NCBI GenBank assembly: GCA_044376615.1
Contig: JBILKO010000001.1
Location: 6,148-70,147 of the forward strand
Origin: Caulobacteraceae bacterium
Lineage (GTDB): Bacteria > Pseudomonadota > Alphaproteobacteria > Caulobacterales > Caulobacteraceae
Reading direction: 5' to 3'
Length of the DNA: 64,000 bases
The notes beneath the pieces were generated by a model that saw only the letters and a list, made by a program, of their open reading frames with translations, was not told the DNA's origin and searched no databases. Below are positions 40,298 to 50,730 of this stretch, piece by piece (position 1 is the first letter of the stretch; every line of letters begins with the position of its first letter). A program made the position numbers and the translations under genes.

Positions 40298-41017
40298 TTG
40301 AATATCACCACGATTGGCATCGATGCCGATGACACGCTTTGGCACAATGAGACCATATTTCGCCTGACCCAGAGCCGTTTTGCCGAGCTTTTAGCACCCT
40401 GGGCCGAGCCTGATCATTTGACTGAGCGATTGGCGGCAACGGAGGCGCGCAATCTGCGGCTGTATGGCTATGGGGTGAAGGGCTTTACCCTGTCCATGCT
40501 CGAGACGGCGATGGAGCTGACCGGTGGTGATTTGCCCGGGTCGGTGACGCGCGAGATCTTAGCGGCGGGCCGTGAAATGCTATCGCATCCGGTTGAGCCC
40601 TTGGCTGGGGTGGAAGAGGCGCTTCACGCCCTAGCCCAGCATTGGCGTCTGGTTTTGATCACCAAGGGCGACCTGTTTGATCAGGAAAACAAGCTGGCGC
40701 GGTCTGGCCTTGGCGAGCTGTTTCACGGCGTTGAGATTGTGTCGGAAAAGACGGCTGCTACCTATCGCGCCGTGTTTGAGCGGCACGGCCAGGGGCCAGG
40801 CCGTGCGGCCATGATCGGCAATTCAGTCAGGTCCGATATTCTTCCGGCGCTCGAGGCCGGGGCCTGGGCCGCCTATATCCCCTATGAGATTACCTGGGCG
40901 CATGAGGTCGCAGAACCGCCCGTGGATCATCCTCGCTTTCAACATTTAAGCGCTATTGGCCAGGTGCACGACTGGCTGATCATGGCTGACCGCCTGATGG
41001 CTGAAGGGGCGGCCTGA
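40298..41017 (+). CDS. HAD-superfamily hydrolase
   Basis: N-terminal DxD motif 'GIDADDTLW' and 'MIGNSVRSD' motif IV. TTG start. Confidence 0.75.
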   Translation: MNITTIGIDADDTLWHNETIFRLTQSRFAELLAPWAEPDHLTERLAATEARNLRLYGYGVKGFTLSMLETAMELTGGDLPGSVTREILAAGREMLSHPVEPLAGVEEALHALAQHWRLVLITKGDLFDQENKLARSGLGELFHGVEIVSEKTAATYRAVFERHGQGPGRAAMIGNSVRSDILPALEAGAWAAYIPYEITWAHEVAEPPVDHPRFQHLSAIGQVHDWLIMADRLMAEGAA

Positions 41018-41037
41018 CCCTCGTCCCTCAATCATGG

Positions 41038-41052
41038 TTAATTGCGAGTTAA
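41038..41052 (+). promoter_or_regulatory. CtrA-type binding motif TTAA-N7-TTAAC upstream of the OMP gene
   Basis: Exact TTAAttgcgagTTAAc embedded in the palindrome ATGGTTAA-N7-TTAACCAT (41035-41055), about 110 bp upstream of the ATG at 41161. It is the only full TTAA-N7-TTAA I found in the window. Confidence 0.55.
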
Positions 41053-41160
41053 CCATAACAATCTAACCCTTTGTAAAGCCGTCGAATCATCTAAGGTCCG
41101 ATAGCTTTAGTGACCTGATCTAGTGAGATTTGGTCGAGTTTGCGGGTTCAGGACGGCGTC

Positions 41161-41934
41161 ATGCGGATCAATCAAATTGTGCTTTGCCATCTCATTGCCG
41201 GCCTTGCCTTGGCAAGCGGCGGTTCGGCTCTGGCGGCAGAGGCTTTTGCTTCACAGCATGTCGGCATTGCGCTGGGCGTAAATTCGTCGCACGGCTCGAA
41301 TGCGCGAACGACCGGAACGCCGAACTTTATCGCCCTCGGGCCGACAATTATCCCGCAAGACCTTTCGCTCGAAGAACAGGCCATCGTTGCCAGCCTGGCT
41401 TATGGCTATGATATCAAGCTGTCCGATCGATGGATGGTTGGCGCTGAAATCGATGTTAGCGTCACCAATCTGGACCGAAAAAGCACGTTTTCAGGTGCGC
41501 CAATCACAGGTGTAGCTGTGGCAGGCTTGAGCACGACGGCCCGCGAACAGGTTCAGTTTTTGAGCACGGTGCGCGGCCGCGTTGGCTTTATGCCTACCGA
41601 CGATACCTTGCTCTATCTAACCGGCGGCCTTGCTGCAGGTCATTACGAAACCAGCGCTAGCGTGGTCGTCAATGGCACCCCGACTTTGGCCTGGCAGGGT
41701 CAGGACAAGGGCCTCAAATATGGCTGGACCCTGGGCGCAGGCGTTGAATATGCCTTATCGCCAAGCCTCAGCATTAAGGGCGAGGCGCTTTATTATGATA
41801 TTGGCGATGTCTCGGTGGCCGCGACGGGCAATGCGGCCGTGCGCGGTGTCGCGGCGCTTAACGGCGTGGATTACGTCTATAAGACCGACCTTAAGGGTAT
41901 TATTGCACGAGTTGGCCTGAATTATCGTTATTAG
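41161..41934 (+). CDS. Outer-membrane beta-barrel protein (Omp25/Omp31/OmpA-like porin family)
   Basis: Signal peptide 'MRINQIVLCHLIAGLALASGGSALA', alternating beta-strand pattern and the C-terminal 'ARVGLNYRY' aromatic terminus. Confidence 0.8.
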   Translation: MRINQIVLCHLIAGLALASGGSALAAEAFASQHVGIALGVNSSHGSNARTTGTPNFIALGPTIIPQDLSLEEQAIVASLAYGYDIKLSDRWMVGAEIDVSVTNLDRKSTFSGAPITGVAVAGLSTTAREQVQFLSTVRGRVGFMPTDDTLLYLTGGLAAGHYETSASVVVNGTPTLAWQGQDKGLKYGWTLGAGVEYALSPSLSIKGEALYYDIGDVSVAATGNAAVRGVAALNGVDYVYKTDLKGIIARVGLNYRY

Positions 41935-41985
41935 ACCCGAAGATCCTAGGGCTGATTTCGCGGCGAAATCGCGTATAGTTGCGCT

Positions 41986-43920
41986 GTGCGCTTTGATGAC
42001 CGTTTCCTTGACGAGCTAAAATCTCGCCTTCGCCTGTCCGATGTTATCGGCAAGACGGTGAAGCTGCGGCGGCAGGGGCGCGAATATGCTGGCCTTTCGC
42101 CTTTCACCAAGGAGCGGACTCCGTCCTTTTTCGTCAATGACGACAAGGGGTTTTATCACTGCTTTTCCAGCGGCAAGCATGGCGATCTGATCAGCTTTTT
42201 ACAAGAAACTGAACGGCTTAGCTTTTCGGAAGCGGTGGAACGCCTAGCCGGTGAGGCCGGTCTTGCCCTGCCAGCTCCCGACCCCCTGGCCCAGGCGCGG
42301 GAAAAACAGCAACAGTCCCTGACCGATTGGCTGGTCCTGGCCCAGGCCTGGTATGAGGCTGAACTTCGCCGCCCTGTCGGCACCCAGGCCCGGGCCTATC
42401 TCGATAAGCGCGGCCTGCCGCAGGACGATTGGGCCAGGTTTGGCCTTGGCTATGCGCCCGCCGGTCGCACCGCCTTGAAGGATTATCTGGTCGCTAAGGG
42501 GGCCAAGCCCGGCGATCTGGTTGAGGCTGGGCTCTTGATCGCGCCCGAAGACGGCGGCGCGCCCTATGACCGTTTCCGTGACCGGATCATGTTCCCGATC
42601 ACCGATGCGCGCGGCAAGGTCGTGTCATTTGGCGGCCGGGCCATGGATCCGGAAGCGCGGGCCAAGTATCTCAACGGTCCGGAAACAAGTTTGTTCCATA
42701 AGGGTGACCTGCTCTATGGCCTGTTCGAGGCGCGCAAGATCTTGGCCGCCGCCTCGGTGGGCAAGGCCGCGTCGGGCGTCGCCGATCCGGGGCTGGTTGT
42801 GGTCGAGGGCTATATGGATGTCATTGCCTGCCAAAGGGCCGGGATAGCCGGCGTTGCGCCCATGGGCACAGCCCTGACCGAGGGCCAGATGGAGCGGCTA
42901 TGGCGGCTGCACCCAGAACCGACGCTTTGCTTTGACGGCGATGGCGCAGGCCAAAGGGCGGCGGCGCGCTCAATTGAGCGCGCCATGCCCTTGCTAAAAG
43001 CGGGCCGGTCCTTCCGCTTTGCCCTGGTCACCGGCGGCAAGGATCCAGATGACGTCTTGCGCGAGCAGGGCCCTGCCGCCCTCAAGGCCCAACTGGCCCA
43101 AACCACGCCCTTTGTTGAGGCCTTATTTGCGCTTAATCGCGACGCCGAGCCTCTGGATACGCCGGAGCGGCGGGCGGGCCTAAAGGCGCGTCTGCGCATG
43201 GCCGCTAGCGCCATTGCCGATAAGGACCTGGCCCAGGAATACCGCAATGATCTGTTGCGCCGGTTTGATGCCTTAACCGGCCCGCCGCCGGGGCAATCTG
43301 CACAGCAGGCCCCGTATGGCCAGGACCGCCCGCGCGGAAATTTTACCGGCCGCAAAGGACCGTGGCAGCCCTTGCCAGCCCCGCCAACGCCGGAAGGGCG
43401 CGCAGCGGCCAGGCGTTTGGCAGTCTCATTAGACCCGCTTGTGGCCGCTGTCGCCAAGGGCGCGCTAGACAACCCGGCTTGGCTAGATTCGCATCTAGAA
43501 GTGCTGCAGACGGAGGGATTTGGCGATCTCGCCCTCGATGCCCTGGCAAAGACCATAATTCGGTTAAGATTAGATAGTGACCTTCTTGACACAGAGGCCC
43601 TCACACGCCATCTGGCAAGTCGTGGGTTCGGCGACTTGCTGAGCGAAATTGATAAGGCAGCCCTCAATGCAGGCGCGCCTTTCCTGAAACAGGACGTTTC
43701 GCCAAAGGATGCCAGATCTCAATGGTCGCACGCCTTCGATGGTCTCATTCGAATGGCTGCGTTGGAACGTGCCTTATCGGCGGCGAAATCTGGGCTCGGC
43801 TCAGGCGACGGCGCTAAAGGATCCGACGCGGCAGAGTTCATGCGTTTGAAACTCGAACGGGACGCCTTGAGACGCGCGATCAAGACAGGATCACTTTGGA
43901 CGGACGAGGATACGCCCTAG
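41986..43920 (+). CDS. dnaG: DNA primase
   Basis: 644 aa. N-terminal zinc-ribbon-like region, TOPRIM 'VVVEGYMDVIA' and 'CFDGDGAGQRAA'. It lies upstream of rpoD. GTG start. Confidence 0.93.
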   Translation: MRFDDRFLDELKSRLRLSDVIGKTVKLRRQGREYAGLSPFTKERTPSFFVNDDKGFYHCFSSGKHGDLISFLQETERLSFSEAVERLAGEAGLALPAPDPLAQAREKQQQSLTDWLVLAQAWYEAELRRPVGTQARAYLDKRGLPQDDWARFGLGYAPAGRTALKDYLVAKGAKPGDLVEAGLLIAPEDGGAPYDRFRDRIMFPITDARGKVVSFGGRAMDPEARAKYLNGPETSLFHKGDLLYGLFEARKILAAASVGKAASGVADPGLVVVEGYMDVIACQRAGIAGVAPMGTALTEGQMERLWRLHPEPTLCFDGDGAGQRAAARSIERAMPLLKAGRSFRFALVTGGKDPDDVLREQGPAALKAQLAQTTPFVEALFALNRDAEPLDTPERRAGLKARLRMAASAIADKDLAQEYRNDLLRRFDALTGPPPGQSAQQAPYGQDRPRGNFTGRKGPWQPLPAPPTPEGRAAARRLAVSLDPLVAAVAKGALDNPAWLDSHLEVLQTEGFGDLALDALAKTIIRLRLDSDLLDTEALTRHLASRGFGDLLSEIDKAALNAGAPFLKQDVSPKDARSQWSHAFDGLIRMAALERALSAAKSGLGSGDGAKGSDAAEFMRLKLERDALRRAIKTGSLWTDEDTP

Positions 43921-43986
43921 GGCGTAACGCGCTGTCTTTCAGCAATTTCCGAGGCGCGTGTCGGCGCTGACGGATCGGAGACCTTG

Positions 43987-45945
<1,959 letters not shown>

Positions 45946-45957
45946 ATCACAACCCGT

Positions 45958-46036
45958 CTTCCCCGCGCAGGCGGGGACCCAGATCTTTGTCCACGGCTGG
46001 AGCGCACCAGTCTGGATCCCCGCCTTCGCGGGGAAG
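45958..46036. repeat. REP-like inverted pair of 25-bp units flanking a 29-bp spacer between the convergent rpoD and oxygenase genes
   Basis: CTTCCCCGCGCAGGCGGGGACCCAG (45958-45982) matches the reverse complement of 46012-46036 at 23 of 25 positions. Each unit contains its own CCCCGC-N4-GCGGGG hairpin. Confidence 0.7.
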
Positions 46037-46059
46037 GCGAAAAGAAGGGCTCGCTCCCC

Positions 46060-46662
46060 TCAGCTATAATTAAAACTCACACTGATCCGGTCGGACTTGG
46101 CCGCATTGGCCGGGACCTCGTGCCTTAGCCAGCTTTCCCAGATCAGGACCGTGCCGGGGGCGGGGTCTAGGCTGATAAAGGTCTGGTGCTCGCGTGGGGC
46201 CTGGGCCTGGCGCGGCGGCGCGGCCATCATCAGGGGCAGGCGCGGGTCTTCGAGGCGTAGCGGCGAGGCACCCTTGGGCACATCAATATAGACCGTGCCG
46301 CTCAAGACACTATGGGGATGGATATGGCCGCTATGGCTACCGCCGGGCTTAAGGATATTGATCCAGAGGCTGTCGAGCTTCAGCTTTCCGCCCCCTAGCT
46401 CCAGATGCAGGGCCTTGGCAAAGGCGGCTGCATGCTTGTCGAGCTTGCGGCGCAGATCGTCAAACAGGCTGTCGCGGCGCGGCAGGTCATCCAGCGAGGC
46501 ATAGGAGGTATAGCCCTGATAGGCCTTGTCGCGGCACCAGGCCTGACCGGCCAAGTCCTGATCGGCGATCTGGCGGCAAGCCTGCGCATAGAGCGCGGTA
46601 TCGAGCGCAAGCTCGGCGCGATAGACTTTAGTCACAAACAAGGTTTCGATCGAGGCGGCCAT
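46060..46662 (-). CDS. Putative 2OG-Fe(II) oxygenase-like protein (TIGR02466-like)
   Basis: 'SGHIHPHSVLSGTVYI' and 'IWESWLRHEV' His-containing motifs. The start is taken at ATG 46662 (MAASIETLF...); the track ORF continues to 46791 into the divergent promoter region. Confidence 0.6.
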   Translation of the reverse strand: MAASIETLFVTKVYRAELALDTALYAQACRQIADQDLAGQAWCRDKAYQGYTSYASLDDLPRRDSLFDDLRRKLDKHAAAFAKALHLELGGGKLKLDSLWINILKPGGSHSGHIHPHSVLSGTVYIDVPKGASPLRLEDPRLPLMMAAPPRQAQAPREHQTFISLDPAPGTVLIWESWLRHEVPANAAKSDRISVSFNYS

Positions 46663-46817
46663 GGTTTGGCGATAAGGCGCAATGATCAGCGTGTCCAGAC
46701 CCAGAAAAGCTGACGGCGGCGTCATAAATCTTAGCAGTGCCCAAGCAAACCGCTTGCAGGCGCGGCGGCGGCGGGCCAATTTGCGGGCCAAGCAACAAAC
46801 CTATGGGAAGCGATCAG

Positions 46818-48473
46818 ATGGGCCGGTTTGACTATGTTATCATTGGTGCAGGCTCAGCGGGCTGCGTTCTGGCCAATCGGTTGAGCGCCGATGGCACCAA
46901 GCGGGTGCTGCTGCTCGAGGCCGGCGGCAAGGATAATTCCATCCTGGTCAAGATGCCGGCCGGGGTTGGCAATCTGATCAAGGAAAAGGGCACCTATAAT
47001 TGGGGCTTTTGGACCGAGGCCGAGCCGCATCTGGACGGACGCAAGCTCTGGTGGCCGCGCGGCAAGGGCTGGGGCGGGTCGAGCTCGATCAATGGCATGA
47101 TCTATATTCGTGGCCATGCGCGCGATTATGATCAGTGGCGGCAAATGGGCCTGAAAGGCTGGTCCTATGGCGAGGTCCTGCCCTATTTCAAACGCTCAGA
47201 GACGCTGGAAGGCGGCGGCGATGCCTATCACGGCAGTGACGGCCCCTTGCATGTCTCAAAGGCCTCGACCCCCAATCCGATCTTTACCAGCTTCATCCAG
47301 GCCGGGGCGGCGGCGGGCTATAAGCTCACTGCTGATTTCAATGGCTATCAGCAAGAAGGCTTTGGCCCCTTCCAACTGACGATCAAGGATGGTCAGCGCT
47401 GGAGCGCAGCGCGCGGCTATCTGCATCCGGTCAAGGATCAAAGGCCTAATCTGATCACTGAGATCGAGGCGCGAACCACCAAGATTATCATCGAAAACGG
47501 CCGTGCGGTTGGCGTCGCCTATGTTCAAGGCAAGAAGAATACCCCTAAGATCGCCTATGCCGATGCCGAGGTCCTTCTTTGCGCCGGTGCCGTCCAGTCG
47601 CCGCAAATCCTGCAATTATCGGGCATTGGTGATCCAGAGGCCCTAACCAAGGTTGGGGTGCCCGTGGTGCATGCACTAAAGGGCGTGGGTAAGAATCTGC
47701 AAGACCATCTGGACGTGATCCTGTCTTGGGAATGCCCGCAGGCCATTACCGCCTATGCCTATAATAAGGGCTTAAAGCGCCTGGCCACCGGCCTGAACTA
47801 TTTGTTGCGCGGCCAGGGACCGGGGCGGCAAAACTTCCTCGAGGCTGGGGCGTTTTTGAAATCGCGGCCCGATCTGGACCGGCCTGACCTGCAATTGCAC
47901 TGCGTCCTGGCCATTATGAAGGATCATGGCAAGACCGTGATCGAGAAGGACGGGTTTTCGATCCATGTCTGCCAGCTGCGCCCCGAAAGCCGTGGCGAAG
48001 TGTTTTTGCGCTCCGCCGATCCGTTCGATGATCCCGCCATCTTGGCCAATTATCTGGCCACGGACGAAGACCGCCGCGCCTTGCGTGAAGGCATTAAGAT
48101 GGTGCGAGACTTTGTGAAGGGCACGGCCATGGATGCGGTGCGCAGTGACGAGTTCCAGCCTGGAGATGCGATCCAGTCGGACGCCGATCTCGATGCCTGG
48201 ATCCGCCAGACGGCCGAGACCATTTATCACCCAGTCGGCACTTGCCGCATGGGCGCGGCGGACGATGCCCTGGCCGTGGTTGATGAGGCCTTGTGCGTGC
48301 ACGGACTAAAGGGTCTGCGAGTCGTCGATGCCTCGGTCATGCCAACCCTGATCGGCGGCAATACCAATGCCCCGACCATTATGATCGCTGAAAAGGCCGC
48401 CGATATGATCCTGGGCCGCGCCCCGCTCGCACCTTTGACCGTTCCGGTGTTCGAAGACGCCAGCGCCGCCTAG
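46818..48473 (+). CDS. GMC-family FAD oxidoreductase (choline/alcohol dehydrogenase-like)
   Basis: 'FDYVIIGAGSAGCVLANRLS' ADP-binding fold, 'GGSSSINGMIYIRG' and the C-terminal 'HPVGTCRMG' active-site region. The start may be 46803. Confidence 0.9.
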   Translation: MGRFDYVIIGAGSAGCVLANRLSADGTKRVLLLEAGGKDNSILVKMPAGVGNLIKEKGTYNWGFWTEAEPHLDGRKLWWPRGKGWGGSSSINGMIYIRGHARDYDQWRQMGLKGWSYGEVLPYFKRSETLEGGGDAYHGSDGPLHVSKASTPNPIFTSFIQAGAAAGYKLTADFNGYQQEGFGPFQLTIKDGQRWSAARGYLHPVKDQRPNLITEIEARTTKIIIENGRAVGVAYVQGKKNTPKIAYADAEVLLCAGAVQSPQILQLSGIGDPEALTKVGVPVVHALKGVGKNLQDHLDVILSWECPQAITAYAYNKGLKRLATGLNYLLRGQGPGRQNFLEAGAFLKSRPDLDRPDLQLHCVLAIMKDHGKTVIEKDGFSIHVCQLRPESRGEVFLRSADPFDDPAILANYLATDEDRRALREGIKMVRDFVKGTAMDAVRSDEFQPGDAIQSDADLDAWIRQTAETIYHPVGTCRMGAADDALAVVDEALCVHGLKGLRVVDASVMPTLIGGNTNAPTIMIAEKAADMILGRAPLAPLTVPVFEDASAA

Positions 48474-48585
48474 ACTTGTCGCTTCAGCGTGGCCTGGCCA
48501 GGTCCAAACTTTGCTTGGCCAGCCGCGACAAATCGCCCTATATTCTTGGGCAATAGGGGCTCAAATGGGCCTTGAGGAGGACACC

Positions 48586-49191
48586 ATGGCTGGACTGCTG
48601 CAAAACTTTCGAAACACCTTGATCGCTGGGACCGTATTGGCCCTGATCCTTATTGCCGGATACCAGATGCATTATGGCGCAGCCGACGCCGTCTATTGGC
48701 AGGCCATTTTCCGCTTCCTGCACGTGTTTGTCGGCATTCTCTGGATCGGCCTGCTCTATTATTTCAATTTCGTCCAGATCCGCAAAATGCCGGAAATTCC
48801 AGCTGAGCTGAAGCCAGCGGTTTCGAAATATATTGCGCCAGAAGCCCTGTTCTGGTTCCGCTGGGCGGCTCTAGCCACAGTCCTTGCCGGGATCATTCTG
48901 GCCTGGAATCGCGGCTATCTGGTCGAAGCCTATACGCTGGGCGCGACCGAAGGCTTTAGCGTGCCGCAGCATACCTTTATCGGGGTTGGCATGTGGCTCG
49001 GCACCATCATGTTCTTGAACGTCTGGCTGTTCATCTGGCCAAACCAGAAGATCGCTCTGGGCATGGTTGAGGCCGATGCCGATGCCAAGGCCAAGGCTGC
49101 CCGGACAGCCATGCTGTTTAGCCGCACCAATCTTTTGCTGTCCCTGCCTATGCTGGCGACCATGACCATGAACCAGACCCTGTTCGGCTAA
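48586..49191 (+). CDS. Integral membrane protein, PuuD-like (urate hydroxylase membrane-domain family; tentative)
   Basis: About 200 aa with 4-5 TM helices and a 'FRFLHVFVGILWIGLLYYFNFVQ' motif. The ATG at 48586 is preceded by GAGGAGG. Confidence 0.55.
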   Translation: MAGLLQNFRNTLIAGTVLALILIAGYQMHYGAADAVYWQAIFRFLHVFVGILWIGLLYYFNFVQIRKMPEIPAELKPAVSKYIAPEALFWFRWAALATVLAGIILAWNRGYLVEAYTLGATEGFSVPQHTFIGVGMWLGTIMFLNVWLFIWPNQKIALGMVEADADAKAKAARTAMLFSRTNLLLSLPMLATMTMNQTLFG

Positions 49192-49212
49192 ACCGTTCAG
49201 GCCTAGATAAGA

Positions 49213-49248
49213 GGGGGCTCGCCAGCGATGGCGGGCCCCTTTTTTTTT
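49213..49248 (+). terminator. Rho-independent terminator
   Basis: GGGGGCTCGCC-loop-GGCGGGCCCC hairpin followed by a run of nine T. Confidence 0.75.
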
Positions 49249-49383
49249 GACCAAATTGCCTCGTTCAATTTAGCTCATCCCAGTCGCCTTACTGAAGATC
49301 TATTTGCGGACAAGCAGGCCTTGTTCCATAGGAAAATTTCAGATCTGGACACTTAACTTGGCTGTTCGTTAGGATCGGCACAC

Positions 49384-49992
49384 ATGTTCGATAAGGCAAC
49401 ACTTCAATATTACTCTGATGTCCGGCCCACCTATAAAGGAAGTGGTATTGGCGGCATTAGTCGGTATCTCAACGACTTCGTTGCGCGATTGTTGCCCGGA
49501 TGCCGCATCCTTGAACTCGGCTGCGGCGGCGGACTTGATGCAGAAGCGCTAATTCAGGCTGGGTTTGACGTCGATCCGACCGATGGGGTGGCCTCTATTG
49601 CGCAGCAAGCCGAGCAGAGGCTTTGCTTGCCTGTTCGCGTCATGCGCTTCGATCAACTCGCCTCTGACCAAGAATATGACGCGATTTGGGCGAATGCCAG
49701 CCTGATCCACGTGCCGATGGAGTCGCTTGGTGACGTGCTCACGCGCGTCCACCGCGCGTTAAGGCCAGGTGGCCTACACGGGGCGACCTATAAGTGCGGG
49801 GGACACCAGGGTCGTGACCGTCACGGTAGATACTATAACTATCCGTCTATGGAAATGTTGCTTGCCGCTTATCAAACGAGCGGCGATTGGGACTTGGTTC
49901 ACCAATTTGAGTATGTTGGCGGCGGATTTGAGGACGGATTGGGTCCTTGGGCGTATGTGGTGCTGAGACGACGAGACTCTCCGCACGGATGA
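49384..49992 (+). CDS. Class I SAM-dependent methyltransferase
   Basis: 202 aa. Motif I 'ILELGCGGGLDA' and post-I acidic 'VDPTD'. By eye it is more AT-rich than its neighbours. Confidence 0.75.
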   Translation: MFDKATLQYYSDVRPTYKGSGIGGISRYLNDFVARLLPGCRILELGCGGGLDAEALIQAGFDVDPTDGVASIAQQAEQRLCLPVRVMRFDQLASDQEYDAIWANASLIHVPMESLGDVLTRVHRALRPGGLHGATYKCGGHQGRDRHGRYYNYPSMEMLLAAYQTSGDWDLVHQFEYVGGGFEDGLGPWAYVVLRRRDSPHG

Positions 49993-50025
49993 GCTCAAAG
50001 CAGATACGCTTTATGAGGTGGGCGC

Positions 50026-50730
50026 ATGGATGATGAGATCGAGGCCGAGGTGCGCCGCGCCGATCCTGATCGTTGGCTGGCCAGCCGCCTGATCAGCGAC
50101 CCGGCCTTACGCACCGATGTCCTGGCTGTGCTGGCCTTTGATGCTGAACTGGCAAGGGTGCGGGCCGTGGTCAGTGAGGCCCTGCTGGGCGAGATCCGCC
50201 TGACCTGGTGGCAAGAAGCCCTGGACGAGATCACCCAGCATCGCCCGGTGCGTCGCCACCCAACGGTTCAGGCCTTGGCCCAAGCGATCGAGTCCCGCCA
50301 TCTGTCGCCCGTGCTGCTGTCTAGCCTGATTGAGGCACGGATCGAGGATCTAGGCGGCGCGGTCTTTGATTACCCGGACAAGGCGATGGTTCATATTGAC
50401 CAGACCAGCGTCGCCCTATCGGCCTTGGTCTTGCAAATCCTGTCACCAGGCACGGACCTGCATGCGGTCCAGGCGGTTAGCCGCGCCTATGGCCTGGCAA
50501 GGCTCAGGCTCGCCGGGCGTTTGACCCCTGGGCTTGCCATGGATTGGGCTCCGCAGCGGCTAAGGGATGATCTGGCCTTGGGCGCTATCGCCTCAAAGGC
50601 CTTACCGGTTGAGGCCTTCCCCGCCATTGCCCACTGCGTCCTAACCGCCAGCCTGGCTAAGGGCCGCGAGCCTGGCCCCTTGGCTAAGCGGGCCTTGATC
50701 TTTTGGGCCAGCCTGACCGGCCGCGTCTAG
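50026..50730 (+). CDS. Squalene/phytoene-synthase-family protein (NDUFAF6-like, non-catalytic type)
   Basis: 234 aa. 'DRWLASRL......[14 protein letters not shown]' and '[13 protein letters not shown]' are typical of the short alphaproteobacterial members. Confidence 0.7.
   Translation: MDDEIEAEVRRADPDRWLASRLISDPALRTDVLAVLAFDAELARVRAVVSEALLGEIRLTWWQEALDEITQHRPVRRHPTVQALAQAIESRHLSPVLLSSLIEARIEDLGGAVFDYPDKAMVHIDQTSVALSALVLQILSPGTDLHAVQAVSRAYGLARLRLAGRLTPGLAMDWAPQRLRDDLALGAIASKALPVEAFPAIAHCVLTASLAKGREPGPLAKRALIFWASLTGRV

Noticed and set aside
42810-43667. 285-aa ORF on the minus strand
   Set aside because: Antisense shadow of dnaG, with an Arg/Ser/Ala-rich translation.
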